In this document: in pieces, positions 1 through 17,036 of the stretch | How the letters are laid out: the number at the start of each line of letters is the position of its first letter | Numbering within the stretch: position 1 is the first letter of the stretch | Source: Escherichia coli | Lineage (GTDB): Bacteria > Pseudomonadota > Gammaproteobacteria > Enterobacterales > Enterobacteriaceae | Assembly: GCF_044647545.1 (NCBI RefSeq) | Contig: NZ_CP172818.1 | Reading direction: 5' to 3' (one strand) | Length of the DNA: 64,000 nucleotides | Notes under the pieces: generated by a model | Databases searched by the model: none | Told to the model about the DNA's origin: nothing | The model's input: only the letters and a program-made list of their open reading frames with translations | Position numbers and translations under genes: made by a program

Positions 1-26
1 AGCAGTACCGTAAAACCGCTAAGTAA
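1..26 (+). CDS. carA: carbamoyl-phosphate synthase small subunit, 3' end only (partial)
   Basis: Frame 2 reads ...QYRKTAK then TAA at 24-26, directly upstream of carB as in the carAB operon; too short to verify independently. Confidence 0.6.
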
Positions 27-43
27 TCAGGAGTAAAAGAGCC

Positions 44-3265
<3,222 letters not shown>

Positions 3266-3318
3266 TAGCGTGTCATGGCGGATATTTTTCATCCGCTAAT
3301 TTGATCGAATAACTAATA

Positions 3319-3347
3319 CGGTTCTCTGATGAGGACCGTTTTTTTTG
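3319..3347 (+). terminator. rho-independent terminator downstream of carB
   Basis: Hairpin cggttctc-tgat-gaggaccg followed by T8 run (3339-3346). Confidence 0.7.
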
Positions 3348-3525
3348 CCCATTAAGTAAATCTTTTGGGGAATCGATATTTTTGATGACATAAGCAGGAT
3401 TTAGCTCACACTTATCGACGGTGAAGTTGCATACTATCGATATATCCACAATTTTAATATGGCCTTGTTTAATTGCTGCAAAACGAGTCATAGCCAGTCT
3501 TTTAATTTGTGAAACTGGAGTTCGT

Positions 3526-3921
3526 ATGTGTGAAGGATATGTTGAAAAACCACTCTACTTGTTAATCGCCGAATGGATGATGGCTGAAAATCGGTGGGTG
3601 ATAGCAAGAGAGATCTCTATTCATTTCGATATTGAACACAGCAAGGCGGTTAATACCCTGACTTATATTCTGTCGGAAGTCACAGAAATAAGCTGCGAAG
3701 TTAAGATGATCCCTAATAAGCTGGAAGGGCGGGGATGCCAGTGTCAGCGACTGGTTAAAGTGGTTGATATCGATGAGCAAATTTACGCGCGCCTGCGCAA
3801 TAACAGTCGGGAAAAATTAGTCGGCGTAAGAAAGACGCCGCGTATTCCTGCCGTTCCGCTCACGGAACTTAACCGCGAGCAGAAGTGGCAGATGATGTTG
3901 TCAAAGAGTATGCGTCGTTAA
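3526..3921 (+). CDS. caiF: carnitine-operon transcriptional activator CaiF
   Basis: 131 aa from ATG 3526 (MCEGYVEKPLYLL...), GGAG RBS upstream; ORF track gives a longer 166 aa upstream extension that I do not favour. Confidence 0.9.
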   Translation: MCEGYVEKPLYLLIAEWMMAENRWVIAREISIHFDIEHSKAVNTLTYILSEVTEISCEVKMIPNKLEGRGCQCQRLVKVVDIDEQIYARLRNNSREKLVGVRKTPRIPAVPLTELNREQKWQMMLSKSMRR

Positions 3922-3944
3922 TGTCATTTCGTTGATACCGTGCG

Positions 3945-4038
3945 ACCTGGTCGCCGGATGCGATGCTGGCGCATCTTATCCGGCCTACGGTTGCTTTACA
4001 GCCAGGTCGGATAAGGCGTTTATGCCGCATCCGACGAT
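3945..4038. repeat. REP/BIME palindromic unit cluster
   Basis: Two inverted gccggatgcg...cttatccggcctac-type REP units between caiF and caiE. Confidence 0.8.
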
Positions 4039-4039
4039 G

Positions 4040-4630
4040 TTACCGTTTCGGCGTCACATCCGTCGTCCCCTGCAAACGGGGACGATTTTCCTCCATTTGC
4101 CTTAGTGGTTGTGTTTCATGTAACGATGCATGACAGCGCCCGACAAGATCCTGATACTCTTTGGTATTCAACCGTTTCCAGTGTAACTCGTCGTCACTAA
4201 CACTGCGTACAGCGCGGGCTGGCGTACCCATCAACAACTGGCGTTTCTCGCCGCGAAAGCCCGCTTTGACAAAGCTCATAGCGGCAACAATGCTCTCTTC
4301 GCCAATGACCGCGCCATCCATAATCACGCTGTTCATCCCGACCAGTGCATCGCGACCAATCACACAACCATGCAGGATCGCTCCGTGCCCGATATGACCG
4401 TTTTCCCCAACGATGGTGTCAGTGTCGCAGTAGCCATGCATAATGCAGCCATCCTGAATATTGGCTCCCGCTTGCACGATCAACCGCCCGTAGTCACCAC
4501 GCAGTGAGGCGAGTGGGCCGATGTAAACACCGGCTCCCACAATCACATCGCCAATCAAGACCGCACTGGGATGGACAAACGCCGTCGGGTGAACCACCGG
4601 AATTAATCCCTCAAAGGCGTAATAGCTCAC
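4040..4630 (-). CDS. caiE: carnitine operon protein CaiE (hexapeptide-repeat transferase family)
   Basis: ORF 4040-4651; preferred start is GTG at 4630 ([15 protein letters not shown]...), giving 196 aa and no overlap with caiD; ATG at 4651 is the alternative. Confidence 0.9.
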   Translation of the reverse strand: MSYYAFEGLIPVVHPTAFVHPSAVLIGDVIVGAGVYIGPLASLRGDYGRLIVQAGANIQDGCIMHGYCDTDTIVGENGHIGHGAILHGCVIGRDALVGMNSVIMDGAVIGEESIVAAMSFVKAGFRGEKRQLLMGTPARAVRSVSDDELHWKRLNTKEYQDLVGRCHASLHETQPLRQMEENRPRLQGTTDVTPKR

Positions 4631-4635
4631 GGTTG

Positions 4636-5421
4636 TTAACGTCCTTTCCACACCGGATCGCGCTTCTCGGCAAACGCCAGCGGCCCTTCAATGGCATCTT
4701 CCGAATGCAGAACCGATGGATAGTGTTTCAACACGCCGCTGCGAATATAGCGATACGCTTCTTCTACCGGCATTTCGCTGGTGGTGCGGTAGATCTCTTT
4801 CAGCGCCGCAATCGCCAGCGGAGCGCTGTTAACCAGCTGCTGCGCCAGTTCGCGGGCGTTATCCATCAGTTCCGCCTGGCTAACCACGCGGTTGACTATC
4901 CCCCAACGCAGCGCCTCTTCTGCGCCCATTCGTCTGCCGGTCATCACCATTTCATTGACGATGGCAGGCGGCAGGATCTTCGGCAGACGCAGCACGCCGC
5001 CGCTGTCAGGAACGATGCCCAGTTTGGCTTCCGGCAGGGCGAAGCTGGCGTTATCGGCACAGACAATAAAATCTGCCGCCAGTGCCAGTTCAAAGCCGCC
5101 GCCAAAGGCATAGCCGTTCACAGCGGCGATAACTGGTTTGTCGAGATTGAAAATTTCGGTTAATCCCGCAAAACCACCCGGGCCAAAGTCAGCATCCGGT
5201 GCTTCGCCTTCTGCTGCCGCTTTTAAATCCCAGCCCGCGGAAAAGAATTTCTCTCCGGCACCGGTAATAATGGCGACACGTAATTGCGGATCGTCTCGGA
5301 AATTTAGAAATACTTCGCCCATTTCAAAGCTGGTTTTTGCATCAATAGCATTCGCTTTTGGACGATCAAGGGTAATTTCCAGAATTGATCCATTGCGGGT
5401 CAGATGTAATGATTCACTCAT
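4636..5421 (-). CDS. caiD: crotonobetainyl-CoA hydratase (enoyl-CoA hydratase family) CaiD
   Basis: 261 aa from ATG 5421 ([12 protein letters not shown]...), AAAGGA RBS; ORF track's 297 aa version is an upstream extension. Confidence 0.93.
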   Translation of the reverse strand: MSESLHLTRNGSILEITLDRPKANAIDAKTSFEMGEVFLNFRDDPQLRVAIITGAGEKFFSAGWDLKAAAEGEAPDADFGPGGFAGLTEIFNLDKPVIAAVNGYAFGGGFELALAADFIVCADNASFALPEAKLGIVPDSGGVLRLPKILPPAIVNEMVMTGRRMGAEEALRWGIVNRVVSQAELMDNARELAQQLVNSAPLAIAALKEIYRTTSEMPVEEAYRYIRSGVLKHYPSVLHSEDAIEGPLAFAEKRDPVWKGR

Positions 5422-5529
5422 TCCTTTTCTCCATTTTTGCTTTTTCAGGGACGACAACATCTCTGCAAAAAATGCATATTGTTTTATAGCGTGATTATTA
5501 GCTGGCAGGGTAGTTCCCTGCCGTTTCAT

Positions 5530-7083
5530 TTATTTAAGATTCTTTCTAATTATTTTCCCCGAGCAATTACGTGGCAGATCTTTTCTGATCTCCAGATAAG
5601 AGGGCACTTTAAATTTCGCCATATTTTGTTCGCAGAAGCGGAAAAATTCCTCTTCGCTCAATGTTTCACCTTCATTCAGCACCACAAATGCTTTGATGGC
5701 TTCATCGCGTATCGAATCTTTAATACCCACAACCACGATGTCCTGAATTTTCGGGTGCGCGGCGATAATATTTTCCAGCTCCACGCAGGAGACATTCTCG
5801 CCACCGCGTTTGATCATATTGCAGCGGCGATCGACGAAATAAAAAAAGCCCTCTTCGTCGCGGTATCCGGTATCGCCGGTATGTAGCCAGCCATCGGCTT
5901 CCAGCACTTTCGCAGTGGCTTTCGGGTTGAGAAAATACTCTTTGAAGATGGTTTTCCCTGGTACGCCTTTAATACAGATTTCACCGAGCTCACCAGCCGG
6001 GAGGGGACGATTGTGATCGTCGCGGATCTCCGCTTCGTAGCAAAAGCCCGCCCGACCAATCGACGGCCAGCGCCGTTTATCGCCAGGGCGATCGCCGATA
6101 ATGCCAACAATGGTTTCCGTCATCCCATAAGACGTCAGCAAGCGAACGCCGAAGCGTTCACAAAACGCGTCTTTTTCCTGCTCCGACAAGTTGAGATAAA
6201 ACATCACTTCCCGCAGGCGGTGTTGCCGATCGTTCGCTGAAGGCGGCTGCACCATCAACGTACGAATCATCATCGGAATACATTCGGTAATGGTGGCGCG
6301 GTACTTCTGCACCTGTCCCCAGAAGGCGCGGGCGCTGTATTTCTCGACCAGCACAAAGGTGGCCCCGGCAGAAAACGCCGCCATCGCCGCAGTACACTGG
6401 CAATCGATATGAAACGCAGGCATTACCGTCAGGTAGACGTCATCGTCACGCAGTGCACACTGCCAGGCGGAGTAATATCCAGCGAAGCGCAGGTTGTAAT
6501 GGGTAATCACCACACCCTTCGGTCGGGAGGTAGTGCCGGAGGTGAAGAGAATTTCCGCCGTATCGTCAGTCGATAGCGGCGGTGCATAGCACAAGGTGGC
6601 AGGTTGTTGATTTTTCAGTTGAGTAAACGAACTCACGCCATCATCAGCGGGAAGTGCCACATCTGTCAGGCAAATGTGCCGCAACTGCGTGGCATCTTCC
6701 TGCTGAATCTGTTGATACATGGGATAGAATTGCGCACTGGTCACCAGCAGGCACGCCTGGCTATTTTGCAGGATCCACGCGCTTTCCTCGCGTAACAGGC
6801 GGGCGTTAATCGGCACCATAATCGCACCAATTTTTGCCAGCCCGAACCAGCAAAAGATAAATTCCGGGCAGTTGTCGAGATGTAGAGCAACCTTGTCGCC
6901 TTTGCGAATCCCCAGCGTATAAAACAGGTTTGCCGTGCGGTTAATCTCCTGATTTAACTCAAGATAACTATACCGGTTAACGACTCCGCCGCTGGATTCA
7001 CAAATCAGCGCCGTTTTATGACCGTAAACGTCCGCCAGATCGTCCCACATTTGACGTAGATGTTGTCCGCCAATGATATCCAT
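5530..7083 (-). CDS. caiC: carnitine/crotonobetaine-CoA ligase CaiC (acyl-CoA synthetase family)
   Basis: AMP-binding enzyme motifs ([10 protein letters not shown]); 517 aa from MDIIGG; alternative start 5 codons upstream at 7098. Confidence 0.93.
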   Translation of the reverse strand: MDIIGGQHLRQMWDDLADVYGHKTALICESSGGVVNRYSYLELNQEINRTANLFYTLGIRKGDKVALHLDNCPEFIFCWFGLAKIGAIMVPINARLLREESAWILQNSQACLLVTSAQFYPMYQQIQQEDATQLRHICLTDVALPADDGVSSFTQLKNQQPATLCYAPPLSTDDTAEILFTSGTTSRPKGVVITHYNLRFAGYYSAWQCALRDDDVYLTVMPAFHIDCQCTAAMAAFSAGATFVLVEKYSARAFWGQVQKYRATITECIPMMIRTLMVQPPSANDRQHRLREVMFYLNLSEQEKDAFCERFGVRLLTSYGMTETIVGIIGDRPGDKRRWPSIGRAGFCYEAEIRDDHNRPLPAGELGEICIKGVPGKTIFKEYFLNPKATAKVLEADGWLHTGDTGYRDEEGFFYFVDRRCNMIKRGGENVSCVELENIIAAHPKIQDIVVVGIKDSIRDEAIKAFVVLNEGETLSEEEFFRFCEQNMAKFKVPSYLEIRKDLPRNCSGKIIRKNLK

Positions 7084-7155
7084 TGCACCTCTATCCATTT
7101 TGTTCGTTTGTTATTGGGCGGGCGCTAGTCAGGCAAGCCGACTGACGCCACGCGT

Positions 7156-8391
<1,236 letters not shown>

Positions 8392-8407
8392 TTATGTAGC
8401 GCATGAC

Positions 8408-8495
8408 TGCCGGATGCGGCGTAAACGCTTTATCCGGCCTACATTCGTGCTCCCGTAGGCCTGATAAGACGCATCAGCGTCGCATCAGGCAGCGC
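8408..8495. repeat. REP/BIME palindromic units
   Basis: gccggatgcggcgtaaacgctttatccggcctac plus inverted partner between caiB and caiA. Confidence 0.8.
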
Positions 8496-8501
8496 ACGGA
8501 C

Positions 8502-9644
8502 TTAGCGGTATTGCTTCAGCACCGCACGACCCAGCGTCAGGATCTGCATTTCGTCAGATCCCCCGGAAACGCGGTCTACACGCAGGTCACGCCAGAAGCG
8601 GCTGATGCGGTGGTTGCCCGCAATCCCGACACCGCCCAGCACCTGCATTGCGCTATCCACCACTTCAAATGCCGCATTGGCGCAGAAGTATTTGCACATC
8701 GCTGCATCGCCAGAGGTGATGGTGCCGTTGTCTGCTTTCCACGCTGCTTCATACAGCATGTTTTTCATGGAGTTTAATTTGATCGCCATGTGGGCGAATT
8801 TTTCCTGAATCAACTGGAAACGACCAATAGCCTCGCCAAACTGCACACGCTGGTTGGCGTAGCGCGCCGCATCTTCAAAGGCGCACATCGCCGTACCGTA
8901 GTTGGTCAGGGCTACCAGGAAACGTTCATGGTCGAACTCTTCTTTGACGCGGTTAAAGCCGTTACCTTCCCGACCGAACATGTCTTTCTCGTCCAGTTCC
9001 ACGTCGTCAAAAGTGATTTCACAGCAGCTATCCATACGCAGACCGAGCTTTTCAAGTTTGGTCACTTTGATGCCCGGTTTGCTCATATCAACAAACCATT
9101 CGGTGTAGACAGGTTTGTCCGGAGAAGCCCCGTCGCGCGCCATCACCACGATGTACGGGGTGTAGGCGCTACTGGTAATAAAACACTTACTACCATTAAG
9201 ATAAATCTTACCATTTCTACGGGTATAAGTCGTTTTCAGGCTACCCACGTCGGAGCCCGCGCCCGGTTCGGTAATCGCTGAGTTCCACATCTGCTTACCG
9301 GTGCCGCGGAAAGCCATAATCTTGTCGATCTGCTCTTGTGTGCCTTCGCGCAGGAAGGTATTGAACCCGCCCGGCAACTGGTACAGCACATAGGTTGGTG
9401 CCCCCAGACGTCCCAGCTCCATCCACACGGCGGCGAGAGTAACAAACCCCGCGTCCAGACCACCGTGCTCTTCAGGGATCAGCAGACTGTCGATCCCCAT
9501 ATCCGCCAGTGCTTTGACAAAACGTTCCGGGTAGACGCTGTCACGGTCGCACTCGGCAAAATAGGCCTCCCAGTTTTCGCTGGCCATCAGTTCGCGGATA
9601 CCGGCGACAAACAGTTCCTGCTCATCATTTAAATTAAAACCCAT
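8502..9644 (-). CDS. caiA: crotonobetainyl-CoA reductase CaiA (acyl-CoA dehydrogenase family)
   Basis: 380 aa ORF recognised as CaiA. Confidence 0.95.
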   Translation of the reverse strand: MGFNLNDEQELFVAGIRELMASENWEAYFAECDRDSVYPERFVKALADMGIDSLLIPEEHGGLDAGFVTLAAVWMELGRLGAPTYVLYQLPGGFNTFLREGTQEQIDKIMAFRGTGKQMWNSAITEPGAGSDVGSLKTTYTRRNGKIYLNGSKCFITSSAYTPYIVVMARDGASPDKPVYTEWFVDMSKPGIKVTKLEKLGLRMDSCCEITFDDVELDEKDMFGREGNGFNRVKEEFDHERFLVALTNYGTAMCAFEDAARYANQRVQFGEAIGRFQLIQEKFAHMAIKLNSMKNMLYEAAWKADNGTITSGDAAMCKYFCANAAFEVVDSAMQVLGGVGIAGNHRISRFWRDLRVDRVSGGSDEMQILTLGRAVLKQYR

Positions 9645-9674
9645 CTTTCAACCTCTTGATATTTTGGGGGTTAA

Positions 9675-11192
<1,518 letters not shown>

Positions 11193-11429
11193 TTAATTCC
11201 ACTGTGAAAACGAATATTTATTTTGCGTTCCCGTTTGTTTTATTTTTGTTAACATTTAATATAATTATTATTAACCTCGTGGACGCGTTAATGGCTAACT
11301 CATAATGGGTATTCAATTGGCTGCGTTCTGTGATGTTAGTCACAGTTTTTTATCGGGTAAAAACAGGGCATCTCTGTGTAAATATTCATTGTTTATCAAT
11401 GTGATGAGTTTGATTGTGAGTAAAAAAAT

Positions 11430-11585
11430 AGCATCTGACTTTCAATATTGGTGATCCATAAAACAATATTGAAAATTTCTTTTTGCTACGCCATGTTTTC
11501 AATATTGGTGAGGAGCTTAACAATATTGAAAGTTGGATTTATCTGCGTGTGACATTTTCAATATTGGTGATTAAAGTTTTATTTC
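11430..11585. promoter_or_regulatory. cai/fix divergent control region with repeated CaiF-type inverted-repeat sites
   Basis: TTTCAATATTGGTGA at about 11441, 11497 and 11556, each but the last paired with AACAATATTGAAA (11462, 11519); each pair is an 11-bp inverted repeat (TTTCAATATTG / CAATATTGAAA) with about 13 bp spacing. Confidence 0.75.
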
Positions 11586-11661
11586 CAAATTAAAGGGCGT
11601 GATATCTGTAATTAACACCACTGATATGAACGACGTTTCCTTCATGATTTCTGGAGATGCA

Positions 11662-12432
11662 ATGAAGATTATTACTTGCTATAAGTGCGTGCCTGATGAA
11701 CAGGATATTGCGGTCAATAATGCTGATGGTTCGTTAGACTTCAGTAAAGCCGATGCCAAAATAAGCCAATACGATCTCAACGCTATTGAAGCGGCTTGCC
11801 AGCTAAAGCAACAGGCAGCAGAGGGGCAGGTGACGGCCTTAAGTGTGGGCGGTAAAGCCCTGACCAACGCCAAAGGGCGTAAAGATGTGCTATCGCGCGG
11901 TCCGGATGAACTGATTGTGGTGATTGATGACCAGTTCGAGCAGGCACTGCCGCAACAAACGGCGAGCGCACTGGCTGCCGCCGCCCAGAAAGCAGGCTTT
12001 GATTTGATCCTCTGTGGCGATGGTTCTTCCGACCTTTATGCCCAGCAGGTTGGTTTGCTGGTAGGCGAAATCCTCAATATTCCGGCAGTTAACGGCGTCA
12101 GCAAAATTATCTCCCTGACGGCAGATACCCTCACCGTTGAGCGCGAACTGGAAGATGAAACCGAAACCTTAAGCATTCCGCTGCCTGCGGTTGTTGCTGT
12201 TTCCACTGATATCAACTCCCCACAAATTCCTTCGATGAAAGCCATTCTCGGCGCGGCGAAAAAGCCAGTCCAGGTATGGTCGGCGGCGGATATCGGTTTT
12301 AACGCAGAGGCAGCCTGGTCAGAACAACAGGTTGCCGCGCCGAAACAGCGCGAGCGTCAGCGCATCGTGATTGAAGGCGACGGCGAAGAACAGATCGCCG
12401 CATTTGCTGAAAATCTTCGCAAAGTCATTTAA
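11662..12432 (+). CDS. fixA: electron transfer flavoprotein beta-subunit-like FixA
   Basis: 256 aa from ATG 11662 ([14 protein letters not shown]...), GGAG RBS; ORF track's upstream extension rejected. Confidence 0.93.
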   Translation: MKIITCYKCVPDEQDIAVNNADGSLDFSKADAKISQYDLNAIEAACQLKQQAAEGQVTALSVGGKALTNAKGRKDVLSRGPDELIVVIDDQFEQALPQQTASALAAAAQKAGFDLILCGDGSSDLYAQQVGLLVGEILNIPAVNGVSKIISLTADTLTVERELEDETETLSIPLPAVVAVSTDINSPQIPSMKAILGAAKKPVQVWSAADIGFNAEAAWSEQQVAAPKQRERQRIVIEGDGEEQIAAFAENLRKVI

Positions 12433-12446
12433 TTACAGGGGATGCT

Positions 12447-13388
12447 ATGAACACGTTTTCTCAAGTCTGGGTATTCAGCGATACCCCTTCTCGTCTGCCG
12501 GAACTGATGAACGGTGCGCAGGCTTTAGCTAATCAAATCAACACGTTCGTCCTCAATGATGCCGACGGCGCACAGGCAATCCAGCTCGGCGCTAATCATG
12601 TCTGGAAATTAAGCGGCAAACCGGACGAGCGGATGATCGAAGATTACGCCGGTGTCATGGCTGACACTATTCGCCAGCACGGCGCAGACGGTCTGGTGCT
12701 GTTGCCAAACACCCGTCGCGGCAAATTACTGGCGGCAAAACTGGGTTATCGCCTTAAAGCGGCGGTGTCTAACGATGCCAGCACCGTCAGCGTACAGGAC
12801 GGTAAAGCGACAGTGAAACACATGGTTTACGGCGGTCTGGCGATTGGCGAAGAACGCATTGCCACGCCGTATGCGGTACTGACCATCAGCAGCGGCACGT
12901 TCGATGTGGCTCAGCCAGACGCGTCACGCACTGGCGAAACGCACACCGTGGAGTGGCAGGCTCCGGCTGTGGCGATTACCCGCACGGCAACCCAGGCGCG
13001 CCAGAGCAACAGCGTCGATCTCGACAAAGCCCGTCTGGTGGTCAGCGTCGGTCGCGGCATTGGCAGCAAAGAGAACATTGCGCTGGCAGAACAGCTTTGC
13101 AAGGCGATAGGTGCGGAGTTGGCCTGTTCTCGTCCGGTGGCGGAAAACGAAAAATGGATGGAGCACGAACGCTATGTCGGTATCTCCAACCTGATGCTGA
13201 AACCTGAACTGTACCTGGCGGTGGGGATCTCCGGGCAGATCCAGCACATGGTTGGCGCTAATGCGTCGCAAACCATTTTCGCCATCAACAAAGATAAAAA
13301 TGCGCCGATCTTCCAGTACGCGGATTACGGCATTGTTGGCGACGCCGTGAAGATCCTTCCGGCACTGACCGCAGCTTTAGCGCGTTGA
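12447..13388 (+). CDS. fixB: electron transfer flavoprotein alpha-subunit-like FixB
   Basis: 313 aa ORF recognised as FixB. Confidence 0.95.
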   Translation: MNTFSQVWVFSDTPSRLPELMNGAQALANQINTFVLNDADGAQAIQLGANHVWKLSGKPDERMIEDYAGVMADTIRQHGADGLVLLPNTRRGKLLAAKLGYRLKAAVSNDASTVSVQDGKATVKHMVYGGLAIGEERIATPYAVLTISSGTFDVAQPDASRTGETHTVEWQAPAVAITRTATQARQSNSVDLDKARLVVSVGRGIGSKENIALAEQLCKAIGAELACSRPVAENEKWMEHERYVGISNLMLKPELYLAVGISGQIQHMVGANASQTIFAINKDKNAPIFQYADYGIVGDAVKILPALTAALAR

Positions 13389-13438
13389 TCCACTCTGGCA
13401 GGGCTGCATTTTGGCCCTGCCGCTGACAGGGAGCTCTT

Positions 13439-14725
13439 ATGTCCGAAGATATCTTTGACGCCATCATCGTCGGTGCAGGGCTTGCCGGTTCGGTTGCCGC
13501 ACTGGTGCTCGCCCGCGAAGGTGCGCAAGTGTTAGTTATCGAGCGAGGCAATTCCGCAGGTGCCAAGAACGTCACCGGCGGGCGTCTCTATGCCCACAGT
13601 CTGGAACACATTATTCCTGGTTTCGCTGACTCCGCCCCCGTAGAACGCCTGATCACCCATGAAAAACTCGCGTTTATGACGGAAAAGTCAGCGATGACTA
13701 TGGACTACTGCAATGGCGACGAAACCTCGCCATCCCAGCGTTCTTACTCCGTTTTGCGTAGTAAATTTGATGCCTGGCTGATGGAGCAGGCCGAAGAAGC
13801 GGGCGCGCAGTTAATTACCGGGATCCGCGTCGATAACCTCGTACAGCGCGATGGCAAAGTTGTCGGCGTAGAAGCTGATGGCGATGTGATTGAAGCGAAA
13901 ACGGTGATCCTTGCTGATGGGGTGAATTCCATCCTTGCCGAAAAGCTGGGGATGGCAAAACGCGTTAAACCGACGGATGTGGCGGTTGGCGTGAAGGAAC
14001 TGATCGAGTTACCGAAGTCGGTTATCGAAGACCGTTTTCAGTTGCAGGGTAATCAGGGCGCGGCTTGCCTGTTTGCGGGTTCCCCCACCGATGGCCTGAT
14101 GGGCGGCGGCTTCCTTTATACCAATGAAAATACCCTGTCTCTGGGGCTGGTTTGTGGTCTCCATCATCTGCATGACGCAAAAAAATCGGTGCCGCAAATG
14201 CTGGAAGATTTCAAACAACATCCGGCCGTTGCACCGCTGATCGCAGGCGGCAAGCTGGTGGAATATTCCGCTCACGTAGTGCCGGAAGCAGGCATCAACA
14301 TGCTGCCGGAGTTGGTTGGTGACGGCGTACTGATTGCCGGTGATGCCGCCGGAATGTGTATGAACCTCGGTTTTACCATTCGCGGTATGGATCTGGCGAT
14401 TGCCGCCGGGGAAGCAGCAGCAAAAACCGTGCTTTCAGCGATGAAAAGCGACGATTTCAGTAAGCAAAAACTGGCGGAATATCGTCAGTATCTTGAGAGT
14501 GGCCCGCTGCGCGATATGCGCATGTACCAGAAACTACCGGCGTTCCTTGATAACCCACGCATGTTTAACGGCTACCCGGAACTGGCGGTGGGCGTGGCGC
14601 GTGACCTGTTCACCATTGACGGCAGTGCGCCGGAACTGATGCGCAAGAAAATCCTCCGCCACGGCAAGAAAGTGGGCTTCATCAATCTGATCAAGGATGG
14701 CATGAAAGGAGTGACCGTTTTATGA
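13439..14725 (+). CDS. fixC: FAD-dependent oxidoreductase FixC (ETF-quinone oxidoreductase-like)
   Basis: 428 aa with N-terminal GxGxxG (IVGAGLAGSVAA). Confidence 0.95.
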   Translation: MSEDIFDAIIVGAGLAGSVAALVLAREGAQVLVIERGNSAGAKNVTGGRLYAHSLEHIIPGFADSAPVERLITHEKLAFMTEKSAMTMDYCNGDETSPSQRSYSVLRSKFDAWLMEQAEEAGAQLITGIRVDNLVQRDGKVVGVEADGDVIEAKTVILADGVNSILAEKLGMAKRVKPTDVAVGVKELIELPKSVIEDRFQLQGNQGAACLFAGSPTDGLMGGGFLYTNENTLSLGLVCGLHHLHDAKKSVPQMLEDFKQHPAVAPLIAGGKLVEYSAHVVPEAGINMLPELVGDGVLIAGDAAGMCMNLGFTIRGMDLAIAAGEAAAKTVLSAMKSDDFSKQKLAEYRQYLESGPLRDMRMYQKLPAFLDNPRMFNGYPELAVGVARDLFTIDGSAPELMRKKILRHGKKVGFINLIKDGMKGVTVL

Positions 14726-15009
14726 CTTCTCCCGTCAATGTGGACGTCAAACTGGGCGTCAATAAATTCAATGTCGATGAAGAGCATCCGCACATTGTTG
14801 TGAAGGCCGATGCCGATAAACAGGCCCTGGAGCTGCTGGTGAAAGCGTGCCCCGCAGGTCTGTACAAGAAGCAGGATGACGGCAGTGTGCGCTTCGATTA
14901 CGCCGGATGTCTGGAGTGCGGCACCTGTCGCATTCTGGGGCTGGGGTCGGCGCTGGAACAGTGGGAATACCCGCGCGGCACCTTTGGTGTGGAGTTCCGT
15001 TACGGCTGA
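14722..15009 (+). CDS. fixX: ferredoxin-like protein FixX
   Basis: 95 aa with Cys cluster (CLECGTC); ATGA overlap with fixC stop. Confidence 0.93.
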   Translation: MTSPVNVDVKLGVNKFNVDEEHPHIVVKADADKQALELLVKACPAGLYKKQDDGSVRFDYAGCLECGTCRILGLGSALEQWEYPRGTFGVEFRYG

Positions 15010-15066
15010 TGTTGGTTTGATACGTAACGCCGCACTGACTCTCATTGCAAAAAACAGGAATAACCC

Positions 15067-16398
15067 ATGCAACCGTCCAGAAACTTTGACGATCTCAAAT
15101 TCTCCTCTATTCACCGCCGCATTTTGCTGTGGGGAAGCGGTGGTCCGTTTCTGGATGGTTATGTACTGGTAATGATTGGCGTGGCGCTGGAGCAACTGAC
15201 TCCGGCGCTGAAACTGGACGCTGACTGGATTGGCTTGCTGGGCGCGGGAACGCTCGCCGGGCTGTTCGTTGGCACATCGCTGTTTGGCTATATCTCCGAT
15301 AAAGTCGGACGGCGCAAAATGTTCCTCATTGATATCATCGCCATCGGCGTGATATCTGTGGCGACGATGTTTGTCTCATCCCCCGTCGAACTGTTGGTGA
15401 TGCGGGTACTTATCGGCATTGTCATCGGTGCGGATTATCCCATCGCCACCTCAATGATCACCGAGTTCTCCAGTACCCGTCAGCGGGCGTTTTCCATCAG
15501 CTTTATCGCCGCGATGTGGTATGTCGGCGCGACCTGCGCCGATTTGGTCGGCTATTGGCTTTATGATGTGGAAGGTGGTTGGCGCTGGATGCTGGGTAGC
15601 GCAGCGATCCCCTGTTTGTTGATTTTGATTGGTCGATTCGAACTGCCTGAATCTCCCCGCTGGTTGTTACGCAAAGGGCGAGTAAAAGAGTGCGAAGAGA
15701 TGATGATCAAACTGTTTGGCGAACCGGTGGCTTTCGATGAAGAGCAGCCGCAGCAAACCCGTTTTCGCGATCTGTTTAATCGCCGCCATTTTCCTTTTGT
15801 TCTGTTTGTTGCCGCCATCTGGACCTGCCAGGTGATCCCCATGTTCGCCATTTACACCTTTGGCCCGCAAATCGTTGGTTTGTTGGGATTGGGAGTTGGC
15901 AAAAACGCGGCGTTGGGGAATGTGGTGATTAGCCTGTTCTTTATGCTTGGCTGTATTCCGCCGATGCTGTGGTTAAACACCGCCGGACGGCGTCCATTGT
16001 TGATTGGCAGTTTTGCCATGATGACGCTGGCGCTGGCGGTTTTGGGGCTGATCCCGGATATGGGGATCTGGCTGGTAGTGATGGCATTTGCGGTGTATGC
16101 CTTTTTCTCTGGCGGGCCGGGTAATTTGCAGTGGCTCTATCCTAATGAACTCTTCCCGACGGATATCCGCGCCTCTGCCGTGGGCGTGATTATGTCCTTA
16201 AGCCGTATTGGCACCATTGTTTCGACCTGGGCACTGCCAATCTTTATCAATAATTACGGCATCAGTAGCACCATGCTGATGGGGGCGGGTATCTCGCTAT
16301 TTGGCTTGTTGATTTCCGTAGCGTTTGCTCCGGAGACTCGAGGGATGTCACTGGCGCAGACCAGCAATATGACGATCCGCGGGCAGAGAATGGGGTAA
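15067..16398 (+). CDS. yaaU: MFS-family transporter YaaU
   Basis: 443 aa polytopic membrane ORF at the conserved position after fixX. Confidence 0.9.
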   Translation: MQPSRNFDDLKFSSIHRRILLWGSGGPFLDGYVLVMIGVALEQLTPALKLDADWIGLLGAGTLAGLFVGTSLFGYISDKVGRRKMFLIDIIAIGVISVATMFVSSPVELLVMRVLIGIVIGADYPIATSMITEFSSTRQRAFSISFIAAMWYVGATCADLVGYWLYDVEGGWRWMLGSAAIPCLLILIGRFELPESPRWLLRKGRVKECEEMMIKLFGEPVAFDEEQPQQTRFRDLFNRRHFPFVLFVAAIWTCQVIPMFAIYTFGPQIVGLLGLGVGKNAALGNVVISLFFMLGCIPPMLWLNTAGRRPLLIGSFAMMTLALAVLGLIPDMGIWLVVMAFAVYAFFSGGPGNLQWLYPNELFPTDIRASAVGVIMSLSRIGTIVSTWALPIFINNYGISSTMLMGAGISLFGLLISVAFAPETRGMSLAQTSNMTIRGQRMG

Positions 16399-16505
16399 TT
16401 TGTTCAGATTTCTCTCTTTTCTGAATCAATATTATTGACTATAAGCCGCGTGAATATATGACTACACTTTGTGGGAAAACAAAGGCGTAATCACGCGGGC
16501 TACCT

Positions 16506-17036
16506 ATGATTCTTATAATTTATGCGCATCCGTATCCGCATCATTCCCATGCGAATAAACGGATGCTTGAACAGGCAAGGACGCTGGAAGGCGTCGAAAT
16601 TCGCTCTCTTTATCAACTCTATCCTGACTTCAATATCGATATTGCCGCCGAGCAGGAGGCGCTGTCTCGCGCCGATCTGATCGTCTGGCAGCACCCGATG
16701 CAGTGGTACAGCATTCCTCCGCTCCTCAAACTTTGGATCGATAAAGTCTTCTCGCACGGCTGGGCTTACGGTCACGGCGGCACGGCGCTGCATGGCAAAC
16801 ATTTACTGTGGGCGGTGACGACCGGCGGTGGGGAAAGCCATTTTGAGATTGGCACGCATCCGGGGTTTGATGTGCTGTCGCAGCCGCTACAGGCGACGGC
16901 AATCTACTGCGGGCTGAACTGGCTGCCGCCGTTTGCCATGCACTGCACCTTTATTTGTGACGACGAAACCCTCGAAGGGCAGGCGCGGCACTATAAGCAA
17001 CGTCTGCTGGAATGGCAGGAGGCACATCATGGATAG
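16506..17036 (+). CDS. kefF: flavodoxin-like quinone oxidoreductase, KefC ancillary protein KefF
   Basis: 176 aa ORF ([20 protein letters not shown]...) recognised as KefF. Confidence 0.95.
   Translation: MILIIYAHPYPHHSHANKRMLEQARTLEGVEIRSLYQLYPDFNIDIAAEQEALSRADLIVWQHPMQWYSIPPLLKLWIDKVFSHGWAYGHGGTALHGKHLLWAVTTGGGESHFEIGTHPGFDVLSQPLQATAIYCGLNWLPPFAMHCTFICDDETLEGQARHYKQRLLEWQEAHHG

Noticed and set aside
3421-3525. Upstream extensions of track ORFs (caiF 166 aa, caiD 297 aa, fixA 277 aa, kefC 652 aa, apaG 143 aa, djlA 286 aa, araC 309 aa, ilvI 604 aa, ilvH 173 aa, mraZ 164 aa, rsmH 356 aa, sgrR 576 aa)
   Set aside because: The longest-ORF calls run into upstream genes or promoters; internal starts with RBS-like sequence that match the expected protein N-termini were preferred.
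11430-11585. Possible CRISPR array, from repeated 15-bp motifs
   Set aside because: Only about three copies, imperfect and palindromic, at irregular spacing, with no cas genes; consistent with transcription-factor operator repeats instead.
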